Shown here piece after piece: positions 39,491 through 51,815 of a DNA stretch of 64,000 bases (its first letter is position 1; every line of letters begins with the position of its first letter). The notes beneath the pieces were generated by a model. That model saw nothing but the letters and a program-made list of their open reading frames with translations, did not search any database and had not been told where the DNA came from. Both the position numbers and the translations under genes were made by a program. Origin of the DNA: Podarcis tiliguerta (lineage: Eukaryota); assembly GCA_965153285.1 (NCBI GenBank), contig OZ229123.1. One strand, 5' to 3'.

Positions 39491-39730
39491 TGCCAACCTA
39501 GCGGTTTGAAAGTACACCAGTGCAGTGGGAAGGTAAACGGCATTTCCGTGCACTCTGGTTTCTGTCATTGTGTTCTGTTGTGCCAGAAGTGGTTTAGTCA
39601 TGCTGACCACATAACCATCTGTGTGTGGACAAACGCCGGCTCCCTCGGCCTGAAAGCAAGATGAGTGCCATAACCCCATAGTTGCCTTTGACTGGACTTA
39701 ACCGACCAGGGATCCTTATTTTACCTTTAC
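39491..39730 (+). mobile_element. Sauria SINE, 5'-truncated, more diverged subfamily
   Basis: gccaacctagc...ggaaggtaaacggc...gactggactta...ttacctttac; tactgcc on both sides. Confidence 0.8.
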
Positions 39731-39879
39731 TGCCTTCAGGGTGGGGCTTTAGGGGAGAAATCCAGAGCTCCAGTCAGCAGAACGGCCAGGAGGGACCCCA
39801 AATGCAAGACGGTCAGCTTACTGCATGCATATGCAACCTGATGCCCCCCGGAAATGTTGAACTACAACCATTAACCCCA

Positions 39880-40520
39880 GTATTCCACAAATGTCACTCT
39901 CTGGAGAAGCAGATCGCTGTGTTGTCAGCATACTGCTGCCAATGTCCTCCAAGACTGGATGACCCCACTCAGCGCTTTCATGTAGATAGATGTTAAGCAG
40001 CATGAGGGATGAAATCAAACCCTGAGAAACCCACGGGGCCAAACGACACTTCACAAGCATCATCCTCTGAGAAAACCATCCAAGTAAGATCAGAACCACC
40101 ACGAAACAGTGCCGTCCACCCCCAACGTCTACAGCCACTCCAATACCATGGTCAAAAGCCACTGGGAGGTCAAGAATAATGAACAAGGACACATTTTCCC
40201 ATCTCTCTCCCAACAGAAGTCATCATACAGGATGACCAAAGCAGCTTCTGTGCCAAAACCAGGCCTAAAACCCAATTGAAATGGATCTAGAAAATTGGTT
40301 TTCACCAAGAGAGCCTGGATCTGATCCATGACCACCTGCTCAAGGACCTTGCTCAAGAAGGGGAGATTGGCCACTGGCCAGTAATTACTTAAATTTTCAG
40401 AAACCAGGGAGTGTTTATTTAGAAGTGTTTTGACCACTTCCTCCTTTAAGCAAGCAAGCAAGGACAAACCCATCTCCTGAGGAGGCATTAATCACTTCCC
40501 TGGCCCAGACAGCTCCCCTC
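39880..40520 (-). mobile_element. Degenerate L2-clade RT fragment
   Basis: NYWPVANLPFLSKVLEQVV...LDPFQLGFRPGFGTEAAL...LDLPVAFD motifs with frameshifts. Confidence 0.85.
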
Positions 40521-41249
40521 CCTCCTAGTTTTTATCAGCCAAGTGGGTCAAGGGTCAAGGGTCCCTCTGCATAGATTCACTGATGTGATATCTGGGTACC
40601 GTATTCTCCAGTGGCTGTTCACAAGATGCTCATCTGCTTGGACCTTTGGCCCAATCCAAGAGAGAATTTATTACAATCTTAAACATAGGCTAACATTGTT
40701 CCCTGCAGTTCCTTGCTTTGCTCTGCATGCTTAAGAACAAGGATCTCCCTCTTCAGCTTTCTGTGGCATATGGCAGGGCTAATCAGCTGTGAAAATATCT
40801 CACAGACAAAGAGCCCATTGGGGGTTCCTTCAGCCTGCTGCAGAAATCCAAACTTGCCTTCCTCCATTGGGTCTACTACAGTGTAGATGATGTATTTTTA
40901 GGCTGTGTTTATTTATTGACTGTGTTTTAAAACGCAGCTCTGCAGCCCCCGAAAAGCCGGTTTCCTCTTCCATTGAAACCAATGTTGATATTGGCTGGCA
41001 ACTGTGTGATATTGTGGCGCTGATTTGTATTGGCTCAGGCAGAGCATAGGCGGTGGTGTGTTCTTAGCAGGAAGAATAGACTAAGTGCCTACCTAGTAAT
41101 CCAAAGACAGCCAACCTGGTGCCTTCCAGATGTTTTGGACCACAGTTCCCATCATCCCCAAACAGCATGGCCAATGGGTCACGGATGATGGGAATGAAAG
41201 TCCGCAACATCTGGAGAGCACCACGCTGGCATGACCGACCGCTGTAGTC

Positions 41250-41700
41250 CATGTATTGGTAATATTGAGGCTGCATTACTGCAATGTGTTCTACATCCAG
41301 ATGATGCAGAATGCAACATCCAGACTGTTGATGGGGGCATCTTGCCAACAACACGTGATACCATTGCTAAAACATATGTGCAGGCTGCCCACCTACTACC
41401 AAACCAAGCTCAAGGTCTTTGTATTATTTTGCAAGGCTTTGAACACCTCGAGTCCAGGGTACCGTAGGGACTGCCTAGGTTCTTATATCCCAGCTCAGTT
41501 ATCAAAATCGTCTTCAGGAGCATTATTGGTTGCCTTCTGCATTGGTGAGGCTCATGAAGTTGTAGAGCCTTTGGCATCCTTGGCCAAGTCCCAATGCTCT
41601 GCCAACAGATTCAGCAGCCACCTTCTGTTTCAACATTTAAAAGCCTGCTGAAAACTTTCCTAAGCTGCCAAGCTTACACCGCCAGTTAAGAAGGTATCTT
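41250..41700 (+). mobile_element. Degenerate L2-clade 3' fragment
   Basis: RLHYCNV...QMMQNATSRLL...KLKVFVLFCKALN remnant. Other L2 remnants lie near 5040-5360, 20480-20790(-), 36700-36900 and 61190-62130(-). Confidence 0.75.
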
Positions 41701-42703
41701 TCAATAATGGCTGTTTGATGTTCTCCGGTTTTAATTTTTAATGTCTTTTTATTATATATAGATATGATTATAAATCACTTCCATTTTTTATGGGATGGAG
41801 GTTCTGAATATAAAGAGCAGGAGAACAGAAGACACTTGAACTGCACTGAGTAATCACAGTCATCTCTAGCCTTTTAGGGCAAAGCAGCAGCTGGGATCCT
41901 TGGTCCAGGTCACAAAACGCCTCCTGAGCACTTTTCTGTTTGCAGATGCAAACATCGCAACTTGTGGCCGGGAACTTGACAGGCCGCAGGAGCACACTGT
42001 GCCTTCCTTATTAGGCAAAGACTCTCTGAAGCTCTGCGAATTGCATCTGGTTTGTGGCTTATCTGCTGGAGGATTTTTGCCGTTTCGTAAATACAGCACA
42101 GCCAGACAATTCACCCAGCTGGGCCGCAGCAAGGAGAGGTGTTGTGCAGGCCTCGTAAAACGGCTGGCTTTGCTAGATGGAGCAGGGGGAAAAGGACTTG
42201 TTGGAAAGAGCAGTGCCGTTCTGAGAAACGGAGGCTTGTTCACCCGCAGCAGCCAGCTGCTTGAAAAAAGGCCTGTTGTGCGTATGCCAGATTCCGCCAC
42301 CCGATGGCCAACAAGTCATGCATGTGACTCTGCTGCCATGTGCGCAACCTCCACTTCTCTTTGGCAGCTTCCCTCACAGGCTGGGAAAGGGATGTTTGCA
42401 GTTTACAGGCCTGCAGCCTGCGCAGCCACAGGGGAAAGACTTCAAAAGAGCAGGAGTTCAGAGAAGAGGTCCCAAAGGCAGCAGGATGCTACATTTTTAA
42501 GCGATACGGTACATATTATAGTCTCAAATGGGTCCTCTCTGTAAGGCCATTCAGTCCAGAGTAGGGAGGGGGGTGGGATTCAGCTAGGTTTGCATTTTAA
42601 TGCAGATCTACCCCCTGGCGTAGCGGCAAATTCGGAAGTGCAGTGTTGCTTCATGAAAGTCACAGCCTCATCGCTGCACCTTTCTAGGATTCTACAACCT
42701 TCT

Positions 42704-43225
42704 GTTGTTGTTGTTGTTTAGTCGTTCAGTCGTGTCCGACTCTTCGTGACCCCATGGACCAGAGCACGCCAGGCACTCCTGTCTTCCATTGCCACCCGCA
42801 GTTTGGTCAGATTCATGTTTGCAGCTTCGAGAACACTGTCTAACCATCTCATCCTCTGCCGTCCCCTTCTCCTTGTGCCCTCCATCTTTCCCAACATCAG
42901 AGTCTTTTCCAGGGAGTCTTCTCTTCTCATGAGGTAGCCAAAGTATTGGAGCCTCAGCTTCACGATCTGTCCTTCCAGTGAGCACTCAGGGCTGATTTCC
43001 TTAAGAATGGATGCGTTTGATCTTCTTGCAGTCCATGGGACTCTCAAGAGTCTCCTCCAGCACCATAATTCAAAAGCATCAATTCTTCGGCGATCAGCCT
43101 TCTTTATGGTCCAGCTCTCACTTCCTTACATCAACTACTGGGAAAACCATAGCTTTTACTATACGGACCTTTGTTGGCAAGGTGATGTCTCTACTTTTTA
43201 AAATGCTGTCTAGGTTTGCCATTGC
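42704..43225 (-). mobile_element. BovB (RTE clade) LINE, 5'-truncated
   Basis: Minus-strand translation RVPWTARRSNASILKEISPECSLEGQIVKLRLQYFGYLMRREDSLEKTLMLGK...WRALVHGVTKSRTRLND; (CAA)n tail; perfect 10-bp TSD acaaccttct at 42694-42703 and 43228-43237. Confidence 0.95.
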
Positions 43226-43413
43226 AAACAACCTTCTAAGATTATACAATAATCTTATAATTCAATATAACAATGATGGAAGACGATGGATGCATTGCAG
43301 ATCTCCATGTGTTGCCTTTAAGCTATATGTGCTGTTTTCTGTGCACATAGACAAGCAAATGTTTTTGAATGCTCCCTTACCTTCTTTGAGACTCAAGTTG
43401 TGCTTTCGTTGTA

Positions 43414-43882
43414 CAGTGGTACCTCGGTTTAAGAACAGTCCTGTTTACGAACTATTCGGTATGAGAACTCCGCAAAACCGGAAGTACAGTGGTACCTTGG
43501 GTTACAGACGCTTCAGGTTACAGAATGCGCTAACCCAGAAATAGTACCTCGGGTTAAGAACTTTGCTTCAGGATGAGAACAGAAATCGTGCTCCGGCGGC
43601 ATGGCGGCAGTGGGAGGCCCCATTAGCTAAAGTGGTACCTCAGGTTAAGAACAGTTTCAGCTTAAGAACGGGCCTCCAGAATGAATTAAGTTCTTAACCC
43701 AAGGTACCACTGTAGTGTCCCGGTTAGCGAACTTTACCTCGGTCTATGAACAGAAGCTGAACAGTGGAAGGGCACCGGTGGTGGGAGGCCTCATTAGGGA
43801 AAGCGCGCCTCGGTTTAAGAATTGCTTTGGTTTAAGAATGGACTTCCGGAATGGATTAAGTTTGTAAACTGAGGTACCACTG
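43414..43882. mobile_element. Tc1/mariner MITE (sibling family) containing a nested family A MITE at 43487-43712
   Basis: Two complete TIR pairs (CAGTGGTACCT...AGGTACCACTG), each flanked by TA. Confidence 0.92.
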
Positions 43883-45374
43883 TACATTATGAAGACCTTG
43901 CCCACTGTTCTCTGGAAACTGAAGCGCCTTGTGCTTTCAGTGTTCCTCAGTGCTTAGCTTTGGAGGCTACAGATCAACGGCTTCTCAGTGTTCTTCCTGC
44001 ACACCTTCTCCAGAGTTAGCCTTGGAGACGGTCCTCAAGGGCCGGCACAGCTCCTTTCACCTTGATTGGCCTCAAAAAACAACAATAGCAGGAAGGGCTG
44101 ACTGGCTTGGCTTTTCCTACATTAAAAATGCCCCCTTAAACATAACACGCATTTCACCAGATGCCAGGATTGGACACCCACCCTCTGTTCTGAACAAAGT
44201 GCAAAGAGATTCTCTGTGTGAGGAAATGCCTTTTCTCCCACTAAATGGGGAGCAGACCCCACAGCATTCGTCTCTTTTTCTGCTCTTTCAGAGGTAGCAG
44301 TCATTTTGTGTTATGCTACACCCACATGGCAGCCATTTTGCGACTTGCATCTATGGAAATTTCTATAATTTCTAGGTGTACCCACTGTCACCAAAAAGTT
44401 TTAAGACTCCTGAAATGTTTGCATGTCCTGTTGGTTTTGTTTCATGCTCTATAGAGCACACTCCACATTATGGGGGGGGGGGGGGTTGTTGAAACATACC
44501 CTTAAGCCCAAAGAGAAAAATCAAGACACTCAGAAAATCTTGGTTTAATATATATATATATATATATTAGTTTCTCAGGATTTTAAGGACTTGGGTCACC
44601 AGTTATCAATATGTGTGCCAACTACCTCATAGGCTTACAAGGATGCCACACTTTTCAGAATGAAATATTTTGGAAAGCGAGTTCTCCCACAAGAGATTCA
44701 ATCCAGCCGGTATTGCCGAAAGAGGCTTTAATTTACTCTTATTTACAAGATAGTATAGAAAAAAAGTTTTAAGTTACTGTTAGTATATAGGTTGTAGAAT
44801 ATGTAGCTTCTAAATTTATGGCAGGGGGGAACCAGCTGTGACAATTCAAGAGGTGACTTTTTTGTTAAGGTTCCTATGGAAAGCACTTTGAGAAAATATA
44901 TCAGACAGTTATTCAGTGTAAATTAAATATGTACGGCATAAATGGATGATGCAGGAGATACTAGCAGGTATTTCCTTCAGTGCGTAACTAGATAAATAAG
45001 GGCCAGTTCACACATTACATGGGGTATAGCCTGTCATGTGCAGAAATGTGTCTGTGTGGTTTTGGCTCCAACATGTACAAACATCACTTTCTCTACACTT
45101 TATGACTGACAGTGGAACGTGTGGCATGACTTGGTGTTTTTTTAAAAAAAGCATTGTGTTAAGAGGTGATGTGCGATCTCTTTTTGAGGTTGATGGCAGC
45201 TTGTTCACATGTGCAGATCTCCACGCGATGCTTTGCTGGAGATGAAAAGGCATGTGTGAACCAGCTCTTTTTGCAAACATATGTTACATTCACAATCATA
45301 CATTTTTTAGGCACACACAAAAGCCGTCATGGGGTATACCTAAAACAGTTATTGGGGGGGGGGGAGTAGCCCTA

Positions 45375-48134
45375 AACACAAATATCTATCACGCTTTATT
45401 TAAAAGGCAAGCTGCTAGTGCAAAACAATTGCATATATGCTAAAGAGGAGCCCAGCTTCAATCCAGTTTTGCTCCAAGTTTGGAGAACTAGAACTTAGAT
45501 ATAATCATGTGATGAGTCACATGATCCGAGCAGCAAAGCTCCCCAAAGGCCAAGCTGGGAAAGCAAAGAAAGGCAAGGGAACTAACCTGAGTGAACATAA
45601 TGAGGTTGTTAGCTATTGGGTAACCACTTTTGTGGTGTACGTACAACTATTCAGGGCCAGCTCCAAATTTGAGAGTCCCCTTACATTGGCAGGTCCCTCC
45701 ACAGCAGCTGGGGCAGGCAGCTACAGGCCACCATTTGACATTTCCCACAATTCCTCCAGCACAGCATAACTCTGGGGTACTGTGAGACATTAAATGGGAA
45801 TGTAAAATGCTTAAAGAAGAGCTAGACAACCCACAGTGGGAAGGTGCAAGCGTCATGTGCAAGTGTCAGTACTGGTGGAGACTGCTGGGACAGCAGAGGT
45901 CCCAGCAATTGCTTGAGGGTTGCCAGACCCTGGTATTAGGGCCGAGGTCAGGATTAAAGAAATATGCTCTGAAGTCATGTGGGGCACCACGGAGCAAGAA
46001 CTGGAAGTCAAGGGACAAAAGCCTCCTGCCACCCTGGAGAACCATTCAGCACCCATTGTGCCTCACAACGGGCAGGGTGCCTGCCCTTCCAGCACCCTCA
46101 TTTAGAGCCAAGCCAACCTTATAAACAAACCCTTCAAGGCAGCTTGCCCACCTGCCCACACATATATTTGTTAGTTATTTGAGGCTGGCCACCTGGAGGC
46201 AAATTTTATTCATCAGACAGGTTGTTGTTTTCAAGCCTGTTATAGGCATTCACACTATGCTTTGTATTAAAGCGCTCTGATCTACACCAATTTTGTAGGT
46301 GATGCAGAACACTGGTGGGCACTAGGTAGCTCTTGAGGCACTTTGCTAGAATATGAAGAATTCTACCTTTCTTTCTCTCTTTCTCTTCCTTCCTTCCTTT
46401 CGAGGAGGGGGTTCCAACCCTCAAAGGTGCAGAAAAAACAAAAATGAGCTAAGCCCGTCCCTTTGGGCTTTGTTAAGTCACTGTTCACCTCACTCACTTT
46501 CTTCCTTTACCCTGCAAGAATAGTTGCATGGTGTATTCATCAAGAGCACAGGTCCACTGTGCTAGAAGTCAGCAACAAGAAGCCCCAATGGGAAATCTCC
46601 CTTCCTCCCGTGAAAGCAGATGCATCATTCTCTGCCTCCACCCCACCCCACTTGCTTGCCAGTGTACAGATAAAATGAAATCCATGGCAAGGCTTTGCTA
46701 GCTGGCCATTTGAGGGGCTGGGGGTAAGGGGCCTCATCCAGGAAAGCCAGCCAGGGTCATAGCTGCTAAGTACCGCTGTTTCCTGCCACCTAGCCTGCAC
46801 TGCAAATGATTATTCACCATTCGCTCGTTTATTAATGTGGTGCCAATTTAATGCCCGCACAATTGTTGTTGTTGTTTTAATGACATGTGAATGTTAAAAG
46901 AAGCATCTGAGGAAAATGTTAAGCACAAGGTTCCCACACGTCAGGCCCCAGAGCGCAAGAAGGGCTCATGTGAGAAAAAAGCAACCAAGCAGAACTGAAA
47001 GTAAGTTATTCTGATATCATGAGTCCTGGAAATGGATAGCATTCATTTCATTGGGGAGGGGGAGCAGGTGTGTAGAAATAGTAATACTGGGGGTTGGGGG
47101 GTGCCTATGCTCATGGGTCTTGCAAGGGTCGTTTTCCTAACATTAGCCCCTTGTTCATATGGTTGCCAAAGCTGCTGTACCATTTGCATGGTGGGAATGA
47201 AGGCGCATGCCCTCTCCTCCTTCACTGCGCATCTAATGCACAATAAGGTCATCTCCACATTAAAAAACAAAACAGAGTTGAGGAGAGCTGTGCATGCGTT
47301 GGCTTCCTGTGGGGGAGTGCCATGCACCCCATCCTCTGCAATTTGCAGTGGATGGCTAGCCTGGCAAGGATAGGAATTCTGCCATTGATGGAATGCAAGA
47401 AGGTTACTATCCACATCCCCTAAGTGCTTGCTTAAGTCTCTGACTGGAGTCTCACAGCAAGTAGTTAGTGACTCTTCACACCCTGTTTCCATTTGATGCT
47501 CAGGATCCAGCTGGACAGCCAAAACATAAACTAGCAGTTCCCAAACTTTGGAGACTTCCCCTGCTCCATCTCTTTTAAGAGCTTACTCTGCCTCCATCTC
47601 TCTTAAAAACAGCAACTTACTTTTCCCAGCCTCAGACCAACCACCTGCTTTAGCTGGTAGGTTTATAGAGATTCTTGTGTGCTGCAGTTTGTGTTATCAC
47701 TTCCACTTGCAAGAATCTTGTGGGTCAGGACAAATGGCTATTAAAGGTGGGTTTCAGGAGGTGTCCCATCCCTGTTTTCCCCCTACTCTCTTGCCAGGAA
47801 GTAAATAACCCCCAGTTGATCAAGGCTTTCAGTTGCTGTTTGCAGAACTGCTGCAAAGGGTCTCCAAGAGAGCAAGAAAAAGAGGAGAGAGAAGCCCTTC
47901 CCTTGTCCTCTTAACCCCCCTGCTGCTGTCCCCTGACCCACCAGGGGGTTCCAGCCCACAGCTTGAGCTCATCAGAGCAATACTTTAAAATTACGTTTCC
48001 CCCTCCTTCATAGCAGTGCGCAGCAAGATGACAGCCCCCCGTTTTCAAAACACCGACCTAGCGGAATAGTGGAAAGTTGTGCTGCGATATGGCAACATTT
48101 CAGCTAAGCCACAAAAAGCAGAAGCGCCTTCCTC
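45375..48134 (-). other. PLEKHO2: Probable PLEKHO2 3' UTR
   Basis: Repeat-poor unique sequence right after the stop codon, with minus-strand AATAAA at 46828-46833, 46205-46210 and 45395-45400. The exact end is inferred. Confidence 0.55.
45395..45400 (-). terminator. Candidate distal polyadenylation signal of PLEKHO2
   Basis: Minus strand reads AATAAAgcgtgatagatatttgtgttt: the hexamer followed by a GU/U-rich tract. Confidence 0.45.
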
Positions 48135-49316
48135 TCAGGGAGCACTTCTCCTATACAGAGTCACTAGATCCTTCTGCGCCCCTTTCCGAAGCTCGGCCGG
48201 TTCCTTTTTCAGTTCTCCTAAATCTCTGATCTCTTGCAAGACCTGCGAGGCTTGCTGGAGCTGCTTTGCCGCCTCGTTGAGCAACGTCTCAGCATAGATC
48301 GGAGGCCCGTTGCTGCCCGCCTGGCCCTGTTCAAATCCCCCCTGCAAAACCTCCTTCAGAAGTTGCTCTGTTCTTTCCTGCTCGCTGGCCACTTTCCTCT
48401 CCATCTGGGCCACTTTGGAGGCAGCTCCCCGCTGGAGGAGTGGTCCCAGAAGGGGCTTCTTGGCTGGTTCCAACAGCAGGTCCCCTACGGAGGCACAGCG
48501 AGGCTTGGGAACTGGAGGATTTCCTTCAGGTTGCAAGGAGGGCAGCTGATCTTTAGTCGCCAAGTCCAAACTCTCCTTATGTGCTTCTTGCTCTGACAAA
48601 GCTTCTCCCTGCCCCTCTCCATCTTGGAAAACAGTCTCAGAGGTTTCATCGCCAGCAACACCGGGGCTTTCACCATTTGGGACATCGGGTGGGCGTCCGC
48701 CTTCAGAAGAATCCACCTCTGAGCTGTTCCTGTTCAATTTCATGCTGGCTCTCAACTTCTCTGACAGAACCTTAGGAGGAGGAGCTGGAGGTTTCAGCGT
48801 CTCCTTGGCTGCTTCGGATAAATTTTCTTTACTTCCGTGCACAGACAGATCAACAGCCTCATCCTCCAGCTGCTCAGAAGCTGGACTGTCCCATGTTACC
48901 TTCATCTTATCAGATAAGATCTTTGGGGGAGGAACTGGAACTTTGGGAGCGTTTTTGTGGGCCTCCGTTAGGTCCTCTCCGTCTAGGGTGGCTTCAGGTT
49001 CTTCGGCGTCATCGCCTGCAGCAGCAACATCTTCTTCCGCAGAGTCCGCGTTGTCACCGGGTGCTGCTGTTTCCTTTAGAGGCTTCGCAGGAGGCACAAG
49101 GGGCTTCTTGGCTTCTACATCTTTGGGCACGGAGTCGGTGCTCGGCTTCTCCGAAGGAGGCATAGGCGGTTTCGTAGGTGGCATGGGTGGTTTGGGGGTC
49201 TCCTTTGGAAGAGGAACGTCGGCAGCCTCGCTTGTGTCCACCATGACGGATGGAGGACCGCTGTCTGGTACGTCCAGGTCAAGCCTCAGGATCCCATCTG
49301 ACACCCCACTGGCAAC
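48135..49316 (-). CDS. PLEKHO2: PLEKHO2 last coding exon (Pro-rich region and C-terminal helical region, ends ...KDLVTLYRRSAP*)
   Basis: Acceptor ...tttccttgcctag|GTTGCC at 49316; 1182 nt in frame to TGA. Translation VASGVSDGILRLDLDVPDSGPP...PRCASVGDLL...KVASEQERTEQLL...AETLLNEAAKQLQQASQVLQEIRDLGEL...LVTLYRRSAP matches the remembered vertebrate PLEKHO2 C-terminus. Confidence 0.96.
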   Translation of the reverse strand, partial: VASGVSDGILRLDLDVPDSGPPSVMVDTSEAADVPLPKETPKPPMPPTKPPMPPSEKPSTDSVPKDVEAKKPLVPPAKPLKETAAPGDNADSAEEDVAAAGDDAEEPEATLDGEDLTEAHKNAPKVPVPPPKILSDKMKVTWDSPASEQLEDEAVDLSVHGSKENLSEAAKETLKPPAPPPKVLSEKLRASMKLNRNSSEVDSSEGGRPPDVPNGESPGVAGDETSETVFQDGEGQGEALSEQEAHKESLDLATKDQLPSLQPEGNPPVPKPRCASVGDLLLEPAKKPLLGPLLQRGAASKVAQMERKVASEQERTEQLLKEVLQGGFEQGQAGSNGPPIYAETLLNEAAKQLQQASQVLQEIRDLGELKKEPAELRKGAQKDLVTLYRRSAP

Positions 49317-51304
49317 CTAGGCAAGGAAACAACAAGACAGATGTTGGGCATCAGGCGGCAGCAGAAAGGGAGATGGGAAGCAGGGCCACCCCAGCAACTC
49401 CACTGAGACAATAGCTCCACCAGGTTCTTCCCTTCCGCAACTGTCTTTTGGCAGCAGCCATTCCATCAGGCTGCAGCTAAGGGAAAGAAAATAAGCAGAA
49501 CCACCCCATCAGCTCTGCTGGGAGACCAGCTTCATTTGGCTCCTCCTCTCCCTGAACCATCTCCATTCCACCTGGTCATTACAAGACCTACGCTTTTTTT
49601 AAAAAAAGAAGTGACCCTTGCTTGTTTTTCCCCTCTCCAGATCCCTTTTTCCTTTTGTGTCATGTCTTCTAGACTGCAAGCCTACAGCGGGGATTGTCTG
49701 GCTTTTATTGCTATATGTAAGCTGCTCTAGGAGGTTTTTTATCAGAAGAGCACATTAAAAGAAGATTTACATGTTAATCAGTCCCTTGAGCCACCTGGCT
49801 TTCAAAGAACAGTTGAGGAACTCCTGAAACCAAAAAGGCAATTACAGTCCTCCCTCGGCTTATGCAACCACGTAAACTTTGGGTTGTGAAAGCGGCATGC
49901 GCAGAAGTGCTCTATGCACCACGTGCATGCACAGAAGCGCTACATCACGCCACGTGCATGTGCAGAAGCAGCACCTCTAGTTGCAGAAACCTTGGGATCC
50001 GGCCAGAGCTCCGGAATGGATCCCGTTTGCAACCAGAGGTACCACTGTACTACAGAGCTAAAATCAGGCATCTGACACAGGCCCTGAGTATGCACCACTA
50101 GTTTTCACCATGCATTTATTTTTTATTTTAGTTAAGTTTTCCTTAATGTGGCAGGTTCACACAGCATGTAGGCAGACACAAGAGTGAGATCTGATCTCAT
50201 CTTCCCTCCTTATGCAGAACCTCAAACATGAAGCAAGTACTACAGAGGTCCTTCCAGCACTGCTGTCGGACAACAGTAACCTTGGTTTTACTGTCTTCCT
50301 TCCAACATAGAACTGTTGTCTGGAAAGTATGTCACATGGGTCCCTCACATCAGCCTTCACTAACCTGGTGCTCGACAGATGTTTGGGACCGCAACGTCCA
50401 TAATCCGCAGGCAGCATGGTTGTGCTGTCCAAAACGTCTTGAAGAAACCATGTTGGCTTAAGGCTGTGGGTGGTTTGCATGAGTAGAGCCTTCTCTTGCC
50501 CAGGAGGGCCATCCCTCCAATATGCACCTTTCCTGCCTATTGAGGTCATCATTTAAGTCCTTCTTGTGCATCCCCTCACCATCAGTGAGGGCGTCCGTGG
50601 TGACTGTTTTATTCCTTTGGGCTTTCAGTTTGGAGTGACTGTGATGCTCTGGCAATTCACTTTCACTCTACTGGTTATTATCGATTTTTAAATCGTGTAC
50701 ATGTTTAATCTTGATTTATGATCGTTTTACTATCATTTGGATTTGGCTTGTTGGCTAGCAGTTTCAGAGGCTTCTGCCAAGCAGCAACCTAGAAACATTT
50801 GGACTAAATATAAGCACCAAATTGTAAGGTTCTGTGCACAGGAGAGGGGCGGCATGAGAGCCCAAGGCTTGATCCCATAGCTTGCAGCATAAATAACTTA
50901 CATGCAAGATTTACTACAGATCTGGAGGTGAGGGGACAGGAAAATGTGCTATATATAATTCCCTTGTCCAAAATTAATCATATACCATATAACAGAATAT
51001 GTACTTCCAGAACTCTTTTTCAGCCGGAACTGAGTTCCGGCACATCAGTTGTGCACAACTGCCATTCTAAGAGAAGAAGGGAGGTGTTCATAGTGAGTTC
51101 TGGCACCTCTTTTTCTAGAAAAATAGCACTATATATTTCACACATATACATGCAAAGACAAAGACTCTCAGCTAACAAATTTAATATTTGCTGTAATGAC
51201 TCTGTTCATCTTTAAGGTGACACAATATATTCTGATTGTTTTCACTGCAAGAAACTAATGTGGCTACGTGCCAGGAAATTGTTTACAGGGGGAAAGCCAT
51301 AGCG

Positions 51305-51436
51305 CAAGCATGGCCAAACTTGCCCTCCAGCTGTTTAGAGACTACAGTTCCTATCATCCCTGACCACTGGTCCTTTTAGCTAGGGATGATGGGAGTTGTA
51401 GTCCCAAACTTGGAGGGCCAAGTTTGGCCATGCCTG
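51305..51436. mobile_element. Palindromic hAT (Charlie-like) MITE inserted in a SINE head
   Basis: TIR CAAGCATGGCCAAACTT / AAGTTTGGCCATGCCTG; perfect 8-bp TSD ccatagcg. Confidence 0.88.
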
Positions 51437-51716
51437 CCATAGCGCATAGCTGTGAATGCAGATGGTCCCAGGTTCAATCCTCAGCAATCCTGCAGTTGGG
51501 GATGAGAGAGACTCCTGCTTGAGACCCTAAAGAGCCACTGCCAATTAGTGCAGACAGTACTGAGGTGGTTGAACCAATGGTCTGACTCAGTATACAGCTG
51601 CTTCCTAGGTTCCAAAGGCTGAACATATTGGCTCTTGTGGTGCATTTAAGATACAGAATTCAGACTACCAAACATAAAAAGTGGAGTTGGGTTTTTTTTC
51701 TAGCCTTGATTATTAC

Positions 51717-51815
51717 CTCTTTGAGATGGTATCTGGTTGGTGGACGACGGCCCTGAGCCAATTTTGCTCTATTTCGTGTCACGTGTTCCAGAGAGAGGTC
51801 TGGATCAACCTTCAC
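51717..51815 (-). CDS. PLEKHO2: PLEKHO2 internal coding exon (99 nt; VKVDPDLSLEHVTRNRAKLAQGRRPPTRYHLKE)
   Basis: Acceptor tgtttaaag|GTG, donor GAG|gtaata, phase 0/0; carries the conserved LEHVTR..R.....RRPPTR.HLKE motif of PLEKHO1/2. Confidence 0.95.

Noticed and set aside
48742-49320. 192-aa plus-strand ORF and other plus-strand ORFs at 48079-49165
   Set aside because: Antisense shadows of the GC-rich PLEKHO2 exon.
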